Source: an uncultured virus (IMG/VR IMGVR_UViG_3300026257_000004) | Lineage: Duplodnaviria; Heunggongvirae; Uroviricota; Caudoviricetes | Reading direction: 5' to 3' (one strand) | IMG/VR virus record: IMGVR_UViG_3300026257_000004 | DNA: 64,000 bases | In this document: in pieces, positions 39,676 to 48,280 of the stretch | Numbering within the stretch: position 1 is the first letter of the stretch | How the letters are laid out: each line of letters begins with the position of its first letter | The notes under the pieces: generated by a model | Database searches by the model: none | Seen by the model: only the letters and a program-made list of their open reading frames with translations | Told to the model about the DNA's origin: nothing | Made by a program: the position numbers and the translations under genes

Positions 39676-39824
39676 TGGAACGCGAAATTAGTCGCGAAGA
39701 ATTCGAGAAGAGATACCCAGGCCTGGTAGCGACCAATGAGGATATAGAAAAAGTTGTAAATATTGTCCCAGAAATCCCCTTTTTAGATGATCCAGACAAC
39801 AGCTACAGAGACTTCGATCGATAA
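39675..39824 (+). CDS. Hypothetical 49-aa protein (not in track)
   Basis: TGATG coupling; MEREISREEFEKRYPG... Confidence 0.55.
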   Translation: MEREISREEFEKRYPGLVATNEDIEKVVNIVPEIPFLDDPDNSYRDFDR

Positions 39825-39945
39825 GCAGCATCAGAAACTGATAAGAATCTCTCAAAAAGCAGGGCTTTGTACTACTAGGGCCAAGGCTCAGAAATTAATA
39901 AGGAAGGCCGAGAAGGCTCAACGAAAACTGGAGCTTAGTCAATGA
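39787..39945 (+). CDS. Hypothetical 52-aa basic protein (not in track)
   Basis: ...KAGLCTTRAKAQKLIRKAEKAQRKL. Confidence 0.5.
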   Translation: MIQTTATETSIDKQHQKLIRISQKAGLCTTRAKAQKLIRKAEKAQRKLELSQ

Positions 39946-40088
39946 ATGAATTACAGATGGCAATCATCTTCCCGTATCTCCCTTTCCTGGGCTTTCTCTT
40001 GGCGCTATTAATTGCTGAGTTCCTGGATAGCAGCGATGACGATGATCAGGATGGTGGGACTCCAGCCCTGGCCTGGTCTAAGGGGTGA
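39942..40088 (+). CDS. Small membrane protein with acidic DDDDQDGG tail (not in track)
   Basis: MNELQMAIIFPYLPFLGFLLALLIAEFLDSSDDDDQDGG...; ATGA overlap. Confidence 0.65.
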   Translation: MNELQMAIIFPYLPFLGFLLALLIAEFLDSSDDDDQDGGTPALAWSKG

Positions 40089-40159
40089 CCCGGCATTGTG
40101 ACTACGAATGAAGTCACCAATGTCTTTTAAAAAGTCGTGCAAATCCTGAGGACGTCTTC

Positions 40160-40440
40160 CATTGCCGTCCACCGAGGTCCTTTATGGATTGAAACGAAGG
40201 ACACCCTCTCCGTTGCAGATTCCCTTGATTAGCGTCCACCAAGGTTCGCTGGGGACTAAAACTTGTGTTGTAGCAGTCGTTTTGAGCGCTATCGGTCCAG
40301 CCTGATTTCCACTGGAGTCCACTGGAGTTCGCTGGGAATTTCCTCAATGTCTTGCAGAAAGACGGTCATATTCGCCAAATGTCGCTCAAAAATGGCTCGA
40401 CTTGGTGGTTAGGGGCGGTAGCGTCGGTCCAGCTACTAGA
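40160..40440. promoter_or_regulatory. Putative attP region with integrase arm-type repeats
   Basis: 10-mers TCCACCGAGG 40168, TCCACCAAGG 40235, TTCGCTGGGG 40245, TCCACTGGAG 40308/40318, TTCGCTGGGA 40328; TCGGTCCAGC at 40292 and 40424. Confidence 0.6.
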
Positions 40441-40446
40441 AAAGCC

Positions 40447-41703
40447 ATGGCCGCAATGACAGACCGGGAAGTCGCCTCCCTCCCTGCTAACTCAAAGCTC
40501 TATGTGCGATCTCTTGGCAAGAGCATGTTTGTCAAGGTTCAACCTAACGGCTCGAAATATATTGTTTGGCAATATCGGTTTCAAGGGGCTCGGCGTAATT
40601 TCCATCTTGGAACTTATGGAAAAGAGCCGGGGCAGATCAGATTAAAAGAGGCTCGTGAGATTCGAGACAGGATGGAAGTCCGACGTCGAGCAGGTGAAGA
40701 TCCAGATCCAAGAGTTAAATCAAGAAGCGGAATACCAGTTGACGGTACGGCGAAATTCTCCGTAGTGGCTGATAAATGGATAGCGAGCGCCGTGAAGAGA
40801 CTGGCTGAGACCACTATGAAGGATTACAAGAATCGTGTGCACAATCAATTATGTCCTGTCTTTGGAGATCATCAAATAGGATCGATTACCAGGGCTGAAT
40901 GTATTGAGTACAAAGAGAATATCGATGCTCGAGGTGCTGTCGTTCAGGCTAAGAAAAATTTCAAGATACTCGAGCAAATTCTTACATTTGCGATGGATAG
41001 GGAATATATGCAAGAGAAATTAAATCCTGCCAGGAATTGTGGCGACCTGAATATTAAGAGGGCAGTTCGACATTCTCCAATGCTTAGTTTTGAGGAATTG
41101 CCTAAGTTTCTTGTGAAATTATCCAGGAATGAATTGAATCGCAACTGGACTATTGTCAATAGCCTTAAGGTTATTTTGTTAACCTTTCAAAGAGTTGGTG
41201 CGCTTATTCCAGCTCGTTGGGATGAGATTGATATCGAGAAAAAGATGTGGACTATTCCCCTGGAAAGGGTGAAGAAGTCTGGATTAAGTTCTGATCACTT
41301 GGTTCCTATCTCTAATCCATTGGTCCATGTCTTACTCAGACTGCGTGAGTTAAATCCACATAGTGATTACGTTTTCCCGAGATGCGGGGATTACGGTATA
41401 TCGACCGGAAACAAAGATCCTCATATCAATCGATCCGCCCCTAATCGACTGCTTAAGGACATGGGATACGAGGGGAAGCTTGTCTCCCATGGGGTTCGAG
41501 CGATGGCAGCGACGATCGGCCAAGAACAATTAAATATCCCTTATCACATCATCGATATCCAGCTTGCCCACAAGCCAGGCACCTCTCACAGCAATCGCTC
41601 AGTGCGGCAGGCCTATGACAGGGCAGTTTTCCTCGAAGAACGCATTGACCTCATGGAGCGATGGGGAGCATTGCTAGTTGAGAACGGCTTAGAAGCCTGT
41701 TGA
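40447..41703 (+). CDS. int: P4-type tyrosine integrase (arm-binding, core-binding and catalytic domains)
   Basis: N-terminal V.PNGSK...YR...LGTY; catalytic R (QRVG), K, HGVR, LAH, Y (AYDR). Confidence 0.93.
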   Translation: MAAMTDREVASLPANSKLYVRSLGKSMFVKVQPNGSKYIVWQYRFQGARRNFHLGTYGKEPGQIRLKEAREIRDRMEVRRRAGEDPDPRVKSRSGIPVDGTAKFSVVADKWIASAVKRLAETTMKDYKNRVHNQLCPVFGDHQIGSITRAECIEYKENIDARGAVVQAKKNFKILEQILTFAMDREYMQEKLNPARNCGDLNIKRAVRHSPMLSFEELPKFLVKLSRNELNRNWTIVNSLKVILLTFQRVGALIPARWDEIDIEKKMWTIPLERVKKSGLSSDHLVPISNPLVHVLLRLRELNPHSDYVFPRCGDYGISTGNKDPHINRSAPNRLLKDMGYEGKLVSHGVRAMAATIGQEQLNIPYHIIDIQLAHKPGTSHSNRSVRQAYDRAVFLEERIDLMERWGALLVENGLEAC

Positions 41704-41712
41704 AGGCAGGGT

Positions 41713-41892
41713 TTAATCGATCTGGGAATTGATCCAGTCGTTTATATCCGACTCAAGCCATGCCACTCTCCTGATCCCCGCAAGCTTCTTGGGGCGGGGG
41801 AAGGTGCCGACTTTCATCCTGCTGTAGATCGCAGATTTACAAAGGCTTGTTCGACGACAGACTTTGTCGATTGCGAGCAGTTTCGCGTTCAT
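41713..41892 (-). CDS. alpA: AlpA-family excisionase/regulator, 59 aa (not in track)
   Basis: MNAKLLAIDKVCRRTSLCKSAIYSRMKVGTFPRPKKLAGIRRVAWLESDINDWI; AGGAG RBS. Confidence 0.9.
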   Translation of the reverse strand: MNAKLLAIDKVCRRTSLCKSAIYSRMKVGTFPRPKKLAGIRRVAWLESDINDWINSQID

Positions 41893-42065
41893 GACTTCTC
41901 CTGAGCGTGCCCTTCTCTGATCAGGAGGCAGCGTGGGCCGAATTGAGCCTTGACCAGCCTCCCCGCCTCGTAGCGGTTAGCAGCCTGAATATGCGTGTAG
42001 TACTTTTTGTATTCCTGTCGGACCAAGAACGTATAGGTCTCGAGGGCTGCGGTCGCTGTTTCCAC
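41889..42065 (-). CDS. Hypothetical 58-aa protein (not in track)
   Basis: GTG start, ATGA overlap with alpA; TTGCAG-N16-TACACT promoter-like sequence upstream. Confidence 0.55.
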   Translation of the reverse strand: METATAALETYTFLVRQEYKKYYTHIQAANRYEAGRLVKAQFGPRCLLIREGHAQEKS

Positions 42066-42199
42066 TGTCGTTCGGGAATGCGCACGCAGTGTAAGCCGTT
42101 TCAGGCATCCTGCAAGCTTCTCATCTTAGGAGAAAATATAAAAGAGATATTTTGCACCCTATAAATAGGCCTTTAAATTAAAGCAACGTCTGTTGATGC

Positions 42200-42778
42200 A
42201 TGACGCCGGAGTCATCGGAGCACTATGTTTTTAATCTGCTTGAGCTCACCTCCGCCTCCGCTAAGCGTCGTTTTAGAGAATCTATCAAGGGAGAGTGGAG
42301 CCATTGCTGTGCATACTGTGGAGTAAATGCCGCTCTAGTTAAGTTAACGCTTGATCACGTTCGCCCACGATCCTATGGCGGTAGCAGCATGCGATCAAAT
42401 CTTGTACCCGCATGCAGTCGATGCAATGCCCTTAAGGGTTCGGAGAAAGACTGGCAGAATTGGTTTAGCCAGCAAGAGTTTTTTAATTCGCAGAGAGCAG
42501 CCAGAATTGAAGAATGGATACACTCACATCACGGTGAATTATCTAACTGGAGATTTTTAGGTGGAGGAGTCGATGGAGGAGAACCTAACAGTGGAACAGG
42601 AATACCTCTTAAGGGCGATTGCCCTGGAGGCGCAGGGGCTTTCGCGGGAGGAATTATTCAACGCACTACTCAATTGTTGGGAGGCCAGGTTTCGGCAGAA
42701 ACAGATCTTTCTGGCGACCTGTCGCAGCGCGGGGTTCGCGTTCAAGTTGGACGAAGGGGCAACTATATTTACGCCTGA
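42200..42778 (+). CDS. HNH endonuclease
   Basis: CAYCG...LTLDHVRPRSYGG...NLVPACSRCN..KG. Confidence 0.9.
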   Translation: MTPESSEHYVFNLLELTSASAKRRFRESIKGEWSHCCAYCGVNAALVKLTLDHVRPRSYGGSSMRSNLVPACSRCNALKGSEKDWQNWFSQQEFFNSQRAARIEEWIHSHHGELSNWRFLGGGVDGGEPNSGTGIPLKGDCPGGAGAFAGGIIQRTTQLLGGQVSAETDLSGDLSQRGVRVQVGRRGNYIYA

Positions 42779-42914
42779 TAAGATAGAAGACTTAGAACAA
42801 ATCTTTGGATATGTTCCAACGGCAGAAGAAGCCAATGATTACATGAAGTCAATGGTAGAAACTGCCACAATGGAGTTAGACATGGACGAAATAGTCCTTG
42901 AATCAGAAGAGTAA
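42573..42914 (+). CDS. nblA: NblA-like phycobilisome degradation protein with C-terminal extension
   Basis: LTVEQEYLLRAI...LSREEL...L...WEARFRQKQIF fits the NblA helix-loop-helix; GGAGGAG RBS before ATG 42573. Confidence 0.7.
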   Translation: MEENLTVEQEYLLRAIALEAQGLSREELFNALLNCWEARFRQKQIFLATCRSAGFAFKLDEGATIFTPDKIEDLEQIFGYVPTAEEANDYMKSMVETATMELDMDEIVLESEE

Positions 42915-42917
42915 TTA

Positions 42918-43847
42918 ATGTCAATTAATTCATTAACACGCGATCAAATGATCGGTGTTTTAAGGCAGGCTGGCTGGGAAGATGATTATATCCCCTGGGC
43001 TCTGGAGGTTTCTCGTCGTGAGTCGGGGTGGCAGCCTGGAGTTGTTAACGACACCTCGTCGACCGGTGATTTGAGCTACGGCCTTTTCCAGATCAATATG
43101 ATCGGAGGAATGGGGCCGGAACGTCTTAAGCGGTGGGGATTGAGTAGTAATGAACAGCTCAAGGATCCAGTAGTGAACGCCAGGGTTGCACGTGATCTAC
43201 TAAATAACCAAGGACCTAGGGCCTGGAGCGTCACTCATGGAGGGGATATCCCTTTCCCTGGGCGCATGGAATACACCCCTCCCAAGAGCTACCTCAAGGG
43301 GCAGGCATCAATGGGATTGCCCGGTGCAGCCCATGCTTCAACAGGAGATGTTGCGTCGGGGGATTTGGGTGGTGTTTTGGCCACCACCTTTCCTGGGTCT
43401 GATGTATCTGGCAATATTCAAGATCGCATCAAAACTGCGAGGATGGACGCACTTAGTAGTGCACTGGCTGGGACGTCAGGAGAGACTGCTTCCACAAAGC
43501 CGGGAATCGAACGACGGCTAACAGCACCGACTACGAAAGGGTATGAGATCATTGAATATTTGACAGGTGATCGGGGGCATTCCGGTTATCGAGATGATCA
43601 TGCGGGCAGTAATTATCACGAACACTTCGCATTTAAAACTCCAGAGGGAGCCAGGAGGGCTGCAGCTCTCTTGAACAAGGCAGGAGTTATCACTACTGAG
43701 CTGAAAGGAGTGAATACAGTTGGGCAACATTCTCCGAATTCCTACCATTACGTTGGCCAGGCATTCGACGTTCCAGGCCATCAGTGGGATGTTGGCAAGG
43801 AATCTGCAGGCTCGAGGTATGTCAGAAAAGTCCTGGGCTTTGCGTAG
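42918..43847 (+). CDS. Lytic transglycosylase (SLT-like) + C-terminal peptidase-like domain
   Basis: RESG...SYGLFQIN...DPVVN...AWS; HSPNSYHYVGQAFDV. Confidence 0.8.
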   Translation: MSINSLTRDQMIGVLRQAGWEDDYIPWALEVSRRESGWQPGVVNDTSSTGDLSYGLFQINMIGGMGPERLKRWGLSSNEQLKDPVVNARVARDLLNNQGPRAWSVTHGGDIPFPGRMEYTPPKSYLKGQASMGLPGAAHASTGDVASGDLGGVLATTFPGSDVSGNIQDRIKTARMDALSSALAGTSGETASTKPGIERRLTAPTTKGYEIIEYLTGDRGHSGYRDDHAGSNYHEHFAFKTPEGARRAAALLNKAGVITTELKGVNTVGQHSPNSYHYVGQAFDVPGHQWDVGKESAGSRYVRKVLGFA

Positions 43848-43883
43848 GAGTGGTTACATTACTGAATAGCTAATTACAAAATC

Positions 43884-44240
43884 TTGATAGAAGGATTTAT
43901 CGCTGGAGTGGCTGCCGCGACGATTGGTGTTGTCTCGAGTCACGGCCTTTCTGTTTATTCACGCCAGAAGAATATTGCTCAACGAATTGGAGTTCTTGAG
44001 CAGACAGTCCCAACCTTGATCCGTCGCGAAGAAGTTCAGGCCGCCTTCCAGGAGATGGCTCAAATAGAAGGACGTCGGATAGCAGAACAACAGCAAGTAC
44101 GTTCTCAAGAGGTCTTCGGCGGAGTGCAGACAGCGAGGTCGCAAGAGAGGGCCAATCTGAACGCACAGATCAATGATCAGCTTTCAGATTTAACCCAGCG
44201 CATTAGTGCTATTAACGATCAATTCGGCCCCTCACGTTAG
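43884..44240 (+). CDS. Membrane-anchored coiled-coil protein
   Basis: N-terminal TM helix plus Gln-rich coil. Confidence 0.65.
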   Translation: MIEGFIAGVAAATIGVVSSHGLSVYSRQKNIAQRIGVLEQTVPTLIRREEVQAAFQEMAQIEGRRIAEQQQVRSQEVFGGVQTARSQERANLNAQINDQLSDLTQRISAINDQFGPSR

Positions 44241-44244
44241 AGCG

Positions 44245-44688
44245 ATGTCAAGACCTAGTCGAGTTGACTTGCTCGGTAGCTTCTTCCCTGAGCTAGTCGA
44301 CAAAGATAAGAGCAAAAAAGATCGCAAAGCATCTGCCAAATTCGCGACCTTGGCGGCGGAATTAGTTCTTGTCGATCAGATCAAGATGTTTGACAAGGGC
44401 TTAAAGAGCTACGGCCCAGGAGTTCTATGCGTCAGATGTCAGAACAAGAAGATGGATTGCGAGTACCTACCGGTGTCCATTCTTGAGGAGGACCAGGAGG
44501 ATGCGCAAACCAGAGGTGACACTGACATCCACGACACCTTGAAAAAGGGTTTAGAGCTTGTCGGAAATACAAATTTCGACAAGAAGGTCATCTTGATGCT
44601 TGTGGACGACAGCCGTTTCGCCTTCTATCCGGTGACTCGTGACTTCCCCGCTAAGGATGTCCAGGCAATGTTGGAAGACTACGTCTAG
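44245..44688 (+). CDS. Hypothetical protein
   Basis: Likely ATG at 44245. Confidence 0.65.
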   Translation: MSRPSRVDLLGSFFPELVDKDKSKKDRKASAKFATLAAELVLVDQIKMFDKGLKSYGPGVLCVRCQNKKMDCEYLPVSILEEDQEDAQTRGDTDIHDTLKKGLELVGNTNFDKKVILMLVDDSRFAFYPVTRDFPAKDVQAMLEDYV

Positions 44689-44743
44689 CCAAAGCAGACA
44701 CAGTAGTTAAGTTCCGTGGGTCGCGCACGCCAGGGCTAACAGT

Positions 44744-45244
44744 ATGCATCTGAGAAGCTCTGAATTTCCTTGGCAGGAATTTCAGACACCGTCAGGGGAA
44801 TGGTATTGCATCTTTAGATCAATCGTCTATGACTCTTGGCTCATGTGGCTCGATGTCCTTCCAGAGGATCTGGAGCTACGAAAGCGGCTAAATCAAGATC
44901 AGTTTGACATGATCAAACTACTCGGTAAAAAACTTGATCTATTTCATCGTTCGCTGCCTGACTATAAGCAACTGACAGAGTCTCCATTTAATGTGTCTTG
45001 CTGGTGGGATCCAACCAATGAAGATGAAGCTTGGAATTCAGGACGGAGCTGCCTCTTTTCGCTTGATGGTTATACCAGTGACGAGCTGGTTAATCTTCTA
45101 CCTAAGCGGAATCCCTTGGTATTAAAGGTGATATCAAAGAAATTTATAGAAGCATCACTACCTGCGCCCAAGAAGCCAGAGACTATGTCCCAAGTTCAGG
45201 GGAGTCTTCCTCTTCCTGAGGAGGCGATGTCCGTGTTGTCTTGA
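44744..45244 (+). CDS. Hypothetical protein
   Basis: 166-aa Trp-rich ORF. Confidence 0.6.
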   Translation: MHLRSSEFPWQEFQTPSGEWYCIFRSIVYDSWLMWLDVLPEDLELRKRLNQDQFDMIKLLGKKLDLFHRSLPDYKQLTESPFNVSCWWDPTNEDEAWNSGRSCLFSLDGYTSDELVNLLPKRNPLVLKVISKKFIEASLPAPKKPETMSQVQGSLPLPEEAMSVLS

Positions 45245-45644
45245 TGATCTCGTTGGGGTCTTCCTCGAAAAGATCGCCAGTTTTTGGATCTCTGAATCCG
45301 TACTCTTGACTGTACGACGTTCTCATTCGACCCATTTCAGCCCGGCCACCAAATACTCCACTACCTTCTTCCTTGAAGAAGCGATTCTTCTCTCTTATTG
45401 CTTTCGCCCGCTCCCTCAAGACATCTAGTCCTATATTGCTAGTTTGCCTCGATGGTGGGAGTCCAGTCTGGTTGGACGCAAGGCTCTTGCGACCGCCTGT
45501 ACTACCACCGTAATCCTGAGCATTGCGAGCCTGTTTGTAAAATCTTGATTTATATCTTTCGACTAATCTGTCCGCCTGCTTCGATCTGTCATTAGATCCT
45601 TTGACTCCGTTGTAGAAACGGCTTTGACTGTATCGTTTATCCAT
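45183..45644 (-). CDS. Hypothetical basic protein
   Basis: 153 aa; GGAAGGA RBS. Confidence 0.6.
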   Translation of the reverse strand: MDKRYSQSRFYNGVKGSNDRSKQADRLVERYKSRFYKQARNAQDYGGSTGGRKSLASNQTGLPPSRQTSNIGLDVLRERAKAIREKNRFFKEEGSGVFGGRAEMGRMRTSYSQEYGFRDPKTGDLFEEDPNEIIKTTRTSPPQEEEDSPELGT

Positions 45645-45676
45645 CCTTCCATCCTAGATGTAGTTACATTTATCGA

Positions 45677-46300
45677 ATGGGAAAACGAGTCGATCGAGTT
45701 GATCTTGCCCCTCCAGAAGACGTCGTACTTGCAGCGCGTTCGGTTCTTGGAGCGATTGATTTAGATCCATACAGCACGCCTGAGATCAATCGATTGGTTA
45801 TCTCTGCGCGTATCTATGACAGAGACAAGGAAGACTTAAATAATGTCATCGCCAAGGACTGGGATGCGCCAGGCGAAAGAAGAGTATTCGTAGCACCTCC
45901 CGTGGGTGCTGCATGTACCCGCCGCTTAATTAATAAGACGCTTCGAGAGTACAGGCGAGGATCAGTCAAAGAGGCACTCCTTTGGCTGGCTCATAACGAG
46001 ACAATCATCAAAGCCCCGTGGGTATGGGATTTTCCAGTATGCATACCGTTCAAGCGACTGAAACCTGTCTGGTGGGACGATGAGTTGGAAGTTTTCCGCA
46101 AGGTTCAACCTTCTGATTGGTCGGCCATTTGTTACTTGCCGCCGACAGAATCAAGTAATGAATATCATGCCAAGCTTTCTAGGTTCCACACCATTTTCAG
46201 CCCTCTTGGTCGTATCGTTGTGAACGAGATGAGCGGTGAGGGAGACTGGGAGGATTCGTATAAAGCCGTGATGAAGCGCTCTTATAACTACAGGGAGTAA
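45677..46300 (+). CDS. Phage DNA N6-adenine methyltransferase-like protein (degenerate motif IV)
   Basis: ARSVLGAIDLDPYS; RVFVAPPV where NPPY is expected. Confidence 0.65.
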   Translation: MGKRVDRVDLAPPEDVVLAARSVLGAIDLDPYSTPEINRLVISARIYDRDKEDLNNVIAKDWDAPGERRVFVAPPVGAACTRRLINKTLREYRRGSVKEALLWLAHNETIIKAPWVWDFPVCIPFKRLKPVWWDDELEVFRKVQPSDWSAICYLPPTESSNEYHAKLSRFHTIFSPLGRIVVNEMSGEGDWEDSYKAVMKRSYNYRE

Positions 46301-46303
46301 ACC

Positions 46304-46633
46304 ATGGCAGGCAAAACACGTTATGACCTCGTGCCATGGACGGCTATTGGAGAAATAGCTGACGTATTAGCTTATGGCGCTGAAAAATATCAGGCCAATA
46401 ACTGGTGCAGAGGCACGGAATGGTCAAGGTATTTCGCCGCTTTATGCCGTCATGTTTTTAGTTGGTGGAGCGGCGAAGATAAGGACCCAGAGACAGGCTT
46501 CTCCCATCTAGCCCATGCTGGTTGCTGCTTGATATTCATGATGGAATTTCAGCGCAACCAATGGGGAACTGATGACCGTTTTACAGGGCCAGATAGCGAG
46601 CCATTCACAAAGCATGATGGCCGGTCACTCTAG
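46304..46633 (+). CDS. dATP/dGTP diphosphohydrolase domain protein (DUF5664-like)
   Basis: K.RYDLVP...GAEKY..NNW..G...A..RH...GED.DPETG.SHLAHA. Confidence 0.88.
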   Translation: MAGKTRYDLVPWTAIGEIADVLAYGAEKYQANNWCRGTEWSRYFAALCRHVFSWWSGEDKDPETGFSHLAHAGCCLIFMMEFQRNQWGTDDRFTGPDSEPFTKHDGRSL

Positions 46634-46635
46634 GT

Positions 46636-46914
46636 TTAATGGGAGTAAGTGTGTTGAAATTCGATAGCCACTACATCTAGTAATTGTTCTAACATTTCAA
46701 TCTTGCCGAGAAGGATTAGATTCTCATTATCTTCAGAAAGCTCCTCACAGACAGTAGTCATGTTTGTGTGTGAGGCAAGCAGTAAATGTAGTAGTCGCCT
46801 GTGTTTATCGGAAGTGATTGGTGCTTCAAAGCAGTCAAATGTATCTGGTGAGGTGATATCTATTCCATAGGCACCGTAAGCATCCTTTGCGTCAAGCCTT
46901 GAGTTTAGTGTCAT
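46636..46914 (-). CDS. Hypothetical protein
   Basis: Likely ATG 46914 just after the thyX-like stop. Confidence 0.55.
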   Translation of the reverse strand: MTLNSRLDAKDAYGAYGIDITSPDTFDCFEAPITSDKHRRLLHLLLASHTNMTTVCEELSEDNENLILLGKIEMLEQLLDVVAIEFQHTYSH

Positions 46915-46915
46915 T

Positions 46916-47635
46916 TCAAATCGACATAAGAGGTGGTCTTCTGCAGTAACTATCCCAGTGTTCGTAAACCTCTGGAGCCCACCTTTGAACTTGCAATGCA
47001 ATCATTTCCATGATTGTCAGCACCTCGTAGGAGCTGCGTGAATTGAAGTTCAACTCGAGAGTGTCCAGCCAGTCTCGAAGGCTCCCCGTAACAACTGCAT
47101 TCTGAAGGTAACTACTTATTAGAACAGCGGCAGCGTGTTCTCCCGATACCTTGTCCTCTTCAATTTTATTGAGGTAATCCAACGCTGAACACCTTGATTC
47201 TGCCAACTGGTGCTCATATTGTTTGACGGTCCAGTGATAAGTCTTGCCTAGGCCATCTCTATAAGTACAGCCAGGAGGCCTTACATAGAAGACGTCCTCA
47301 GGATGCATCGCCCCAGTGGCAACCTGCATGATTGCTGAGTGAAGACGTCTCAATGATTGGACGTCCATTCTCAGTCCACAGTTGTTATTGCGAAGAGATT
47401 CGATCGTATTGTGGTCTGCTCTGATACTTAGAGTCATTGATGGATGCTCTAAGGGCCCCCAGAGATTCCGATCACGCTTCAAGACATGAGCAATAACCGC
47501 GATTCCAGCATCGTCTTCGGCGACTGATGAGATCGCGGGGAAGCTCTCGTAATCACTCTGAACTGCTGCAAGGGCTACGCATTGAGGCATTTCAGTCGCA
47601 CCTACTAGCTCGGTCTTGAATGGAGTAGGAGGCAA
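46916..47635 (-). CDS. thyX: ThyX (FAD-dependent thymidylate synthase)-like protein, degenerate active site
   Basis: WGPLEH, DVQSLR, VVTGSLR.W; RHR motif absent. Confidence 0.7.
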   Translation of the reverse strand: MPPTPFKTELVGATEMPQCVALAAVQSDYESFPAISSVAEDDAGIAVIAHVLKRDRNLWGPLEHPSMTLSIRADHNTIESLRNNNCGLRMDVQSLRRLHSAIMQVATGAMHPEDVFYVRPPGCTYRDGLGKTYHWTVKQYEHQLAESRCSALDYLNKIEEDKVSGEHAAAVLISSYLQNAVVTGSLRDWLDTLELNFNSRSSYEVLTIMEMIALQVQRWAPEVYEHWDSYCRRPPLMSI

Positions 47636-47853
47636 GTGGTTGGTTCAACTGCATCAAACCTAAACCGCGTCTCTCGCGAGTGCAAGCTGTTTCAGGCAGT
47701 AGTTGCTTTTGTTATCAATCCTTCCATTCCCACACAGTAATGGCCGAATCAGCTGTAGTTATATATAACCAATAAAGTATGTGTCTCAAGGTGACAGTTA
47801 AGGTCTTTAATTTGTAGTAACATTGTTGATGTTTACACTCCGTTACGGAGATC

Positions 47854-48216
47854 ATGAATACTGCTAAATCACTTCTTCTCGCACTAGCCTTTTCTGCTAC
47901 AGGTCAGGCTGCGATGGCTGATATCTACCTGAATACAGAAGTCAACTCAGGCTGGGTAGGTTCGGATTACCAGGCTGCCGTTACAGATTTTCACGTGGGA
48001 TTTGAAACTGCGAGCGATCGTGGAGCTTTTTATATCCAGGCTGGGCCAAGCTTAGTGGCTGTAGATGGCATCGATAATGAAACAGAATTCAGCGGCAAGA
48101 CCGGCGGTTCTATTGGTATTACCGAGAAACTCTCTGGATATGGTGAGCTGAGCTTCATTACAGGCGACGACGACAATTCCTACGGCGGTAAGCTCGGCGC
48201 TAAATACGTCTTCTGA
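47854..48216 (+). CDS. Small outer-membrane beta-barrel (porin-like) protein
   Basis: Signal peptide AMA-D; amphipathic strands; C-terminal aromatic KYVF. Confidence 0.75.
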   Translation: MNTAKSLLLALAFSATGQAAMADIYLNTEVNSGWVGSDYQAAVTDFHVGFETASDRGAFYIQAGPSLVAVDGIDNETEFSGKTGGSIGITEKLSGYGELSFITGDDDNSYGGKLGAKYVF

Positions 48217-48280
48217 CTAGACTAATTGCGGTCATGTTTAGCCCTGCTAACTAGTGGGGCTGAATATCAGTCTTAAGGTT

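Noticed and set aside
40090..40446. tRNA or tmRNA fragment at att
   Set aside because: No GTTCRA-type T-arm plus acceptor/CCA pattern recognisable by eye
40114..42164. Track ORFs 40114-40347 (-) and 41907-42164 (+)
   Set aside because: The first overlies the att repeats; the second is antisense to a better-supported ORF coupled to alpA
47795..47812. Pho box upstream of the porin-like gene
   Set aside because: The TTAA units are 9 nt apart rather than the 11-nt period expected
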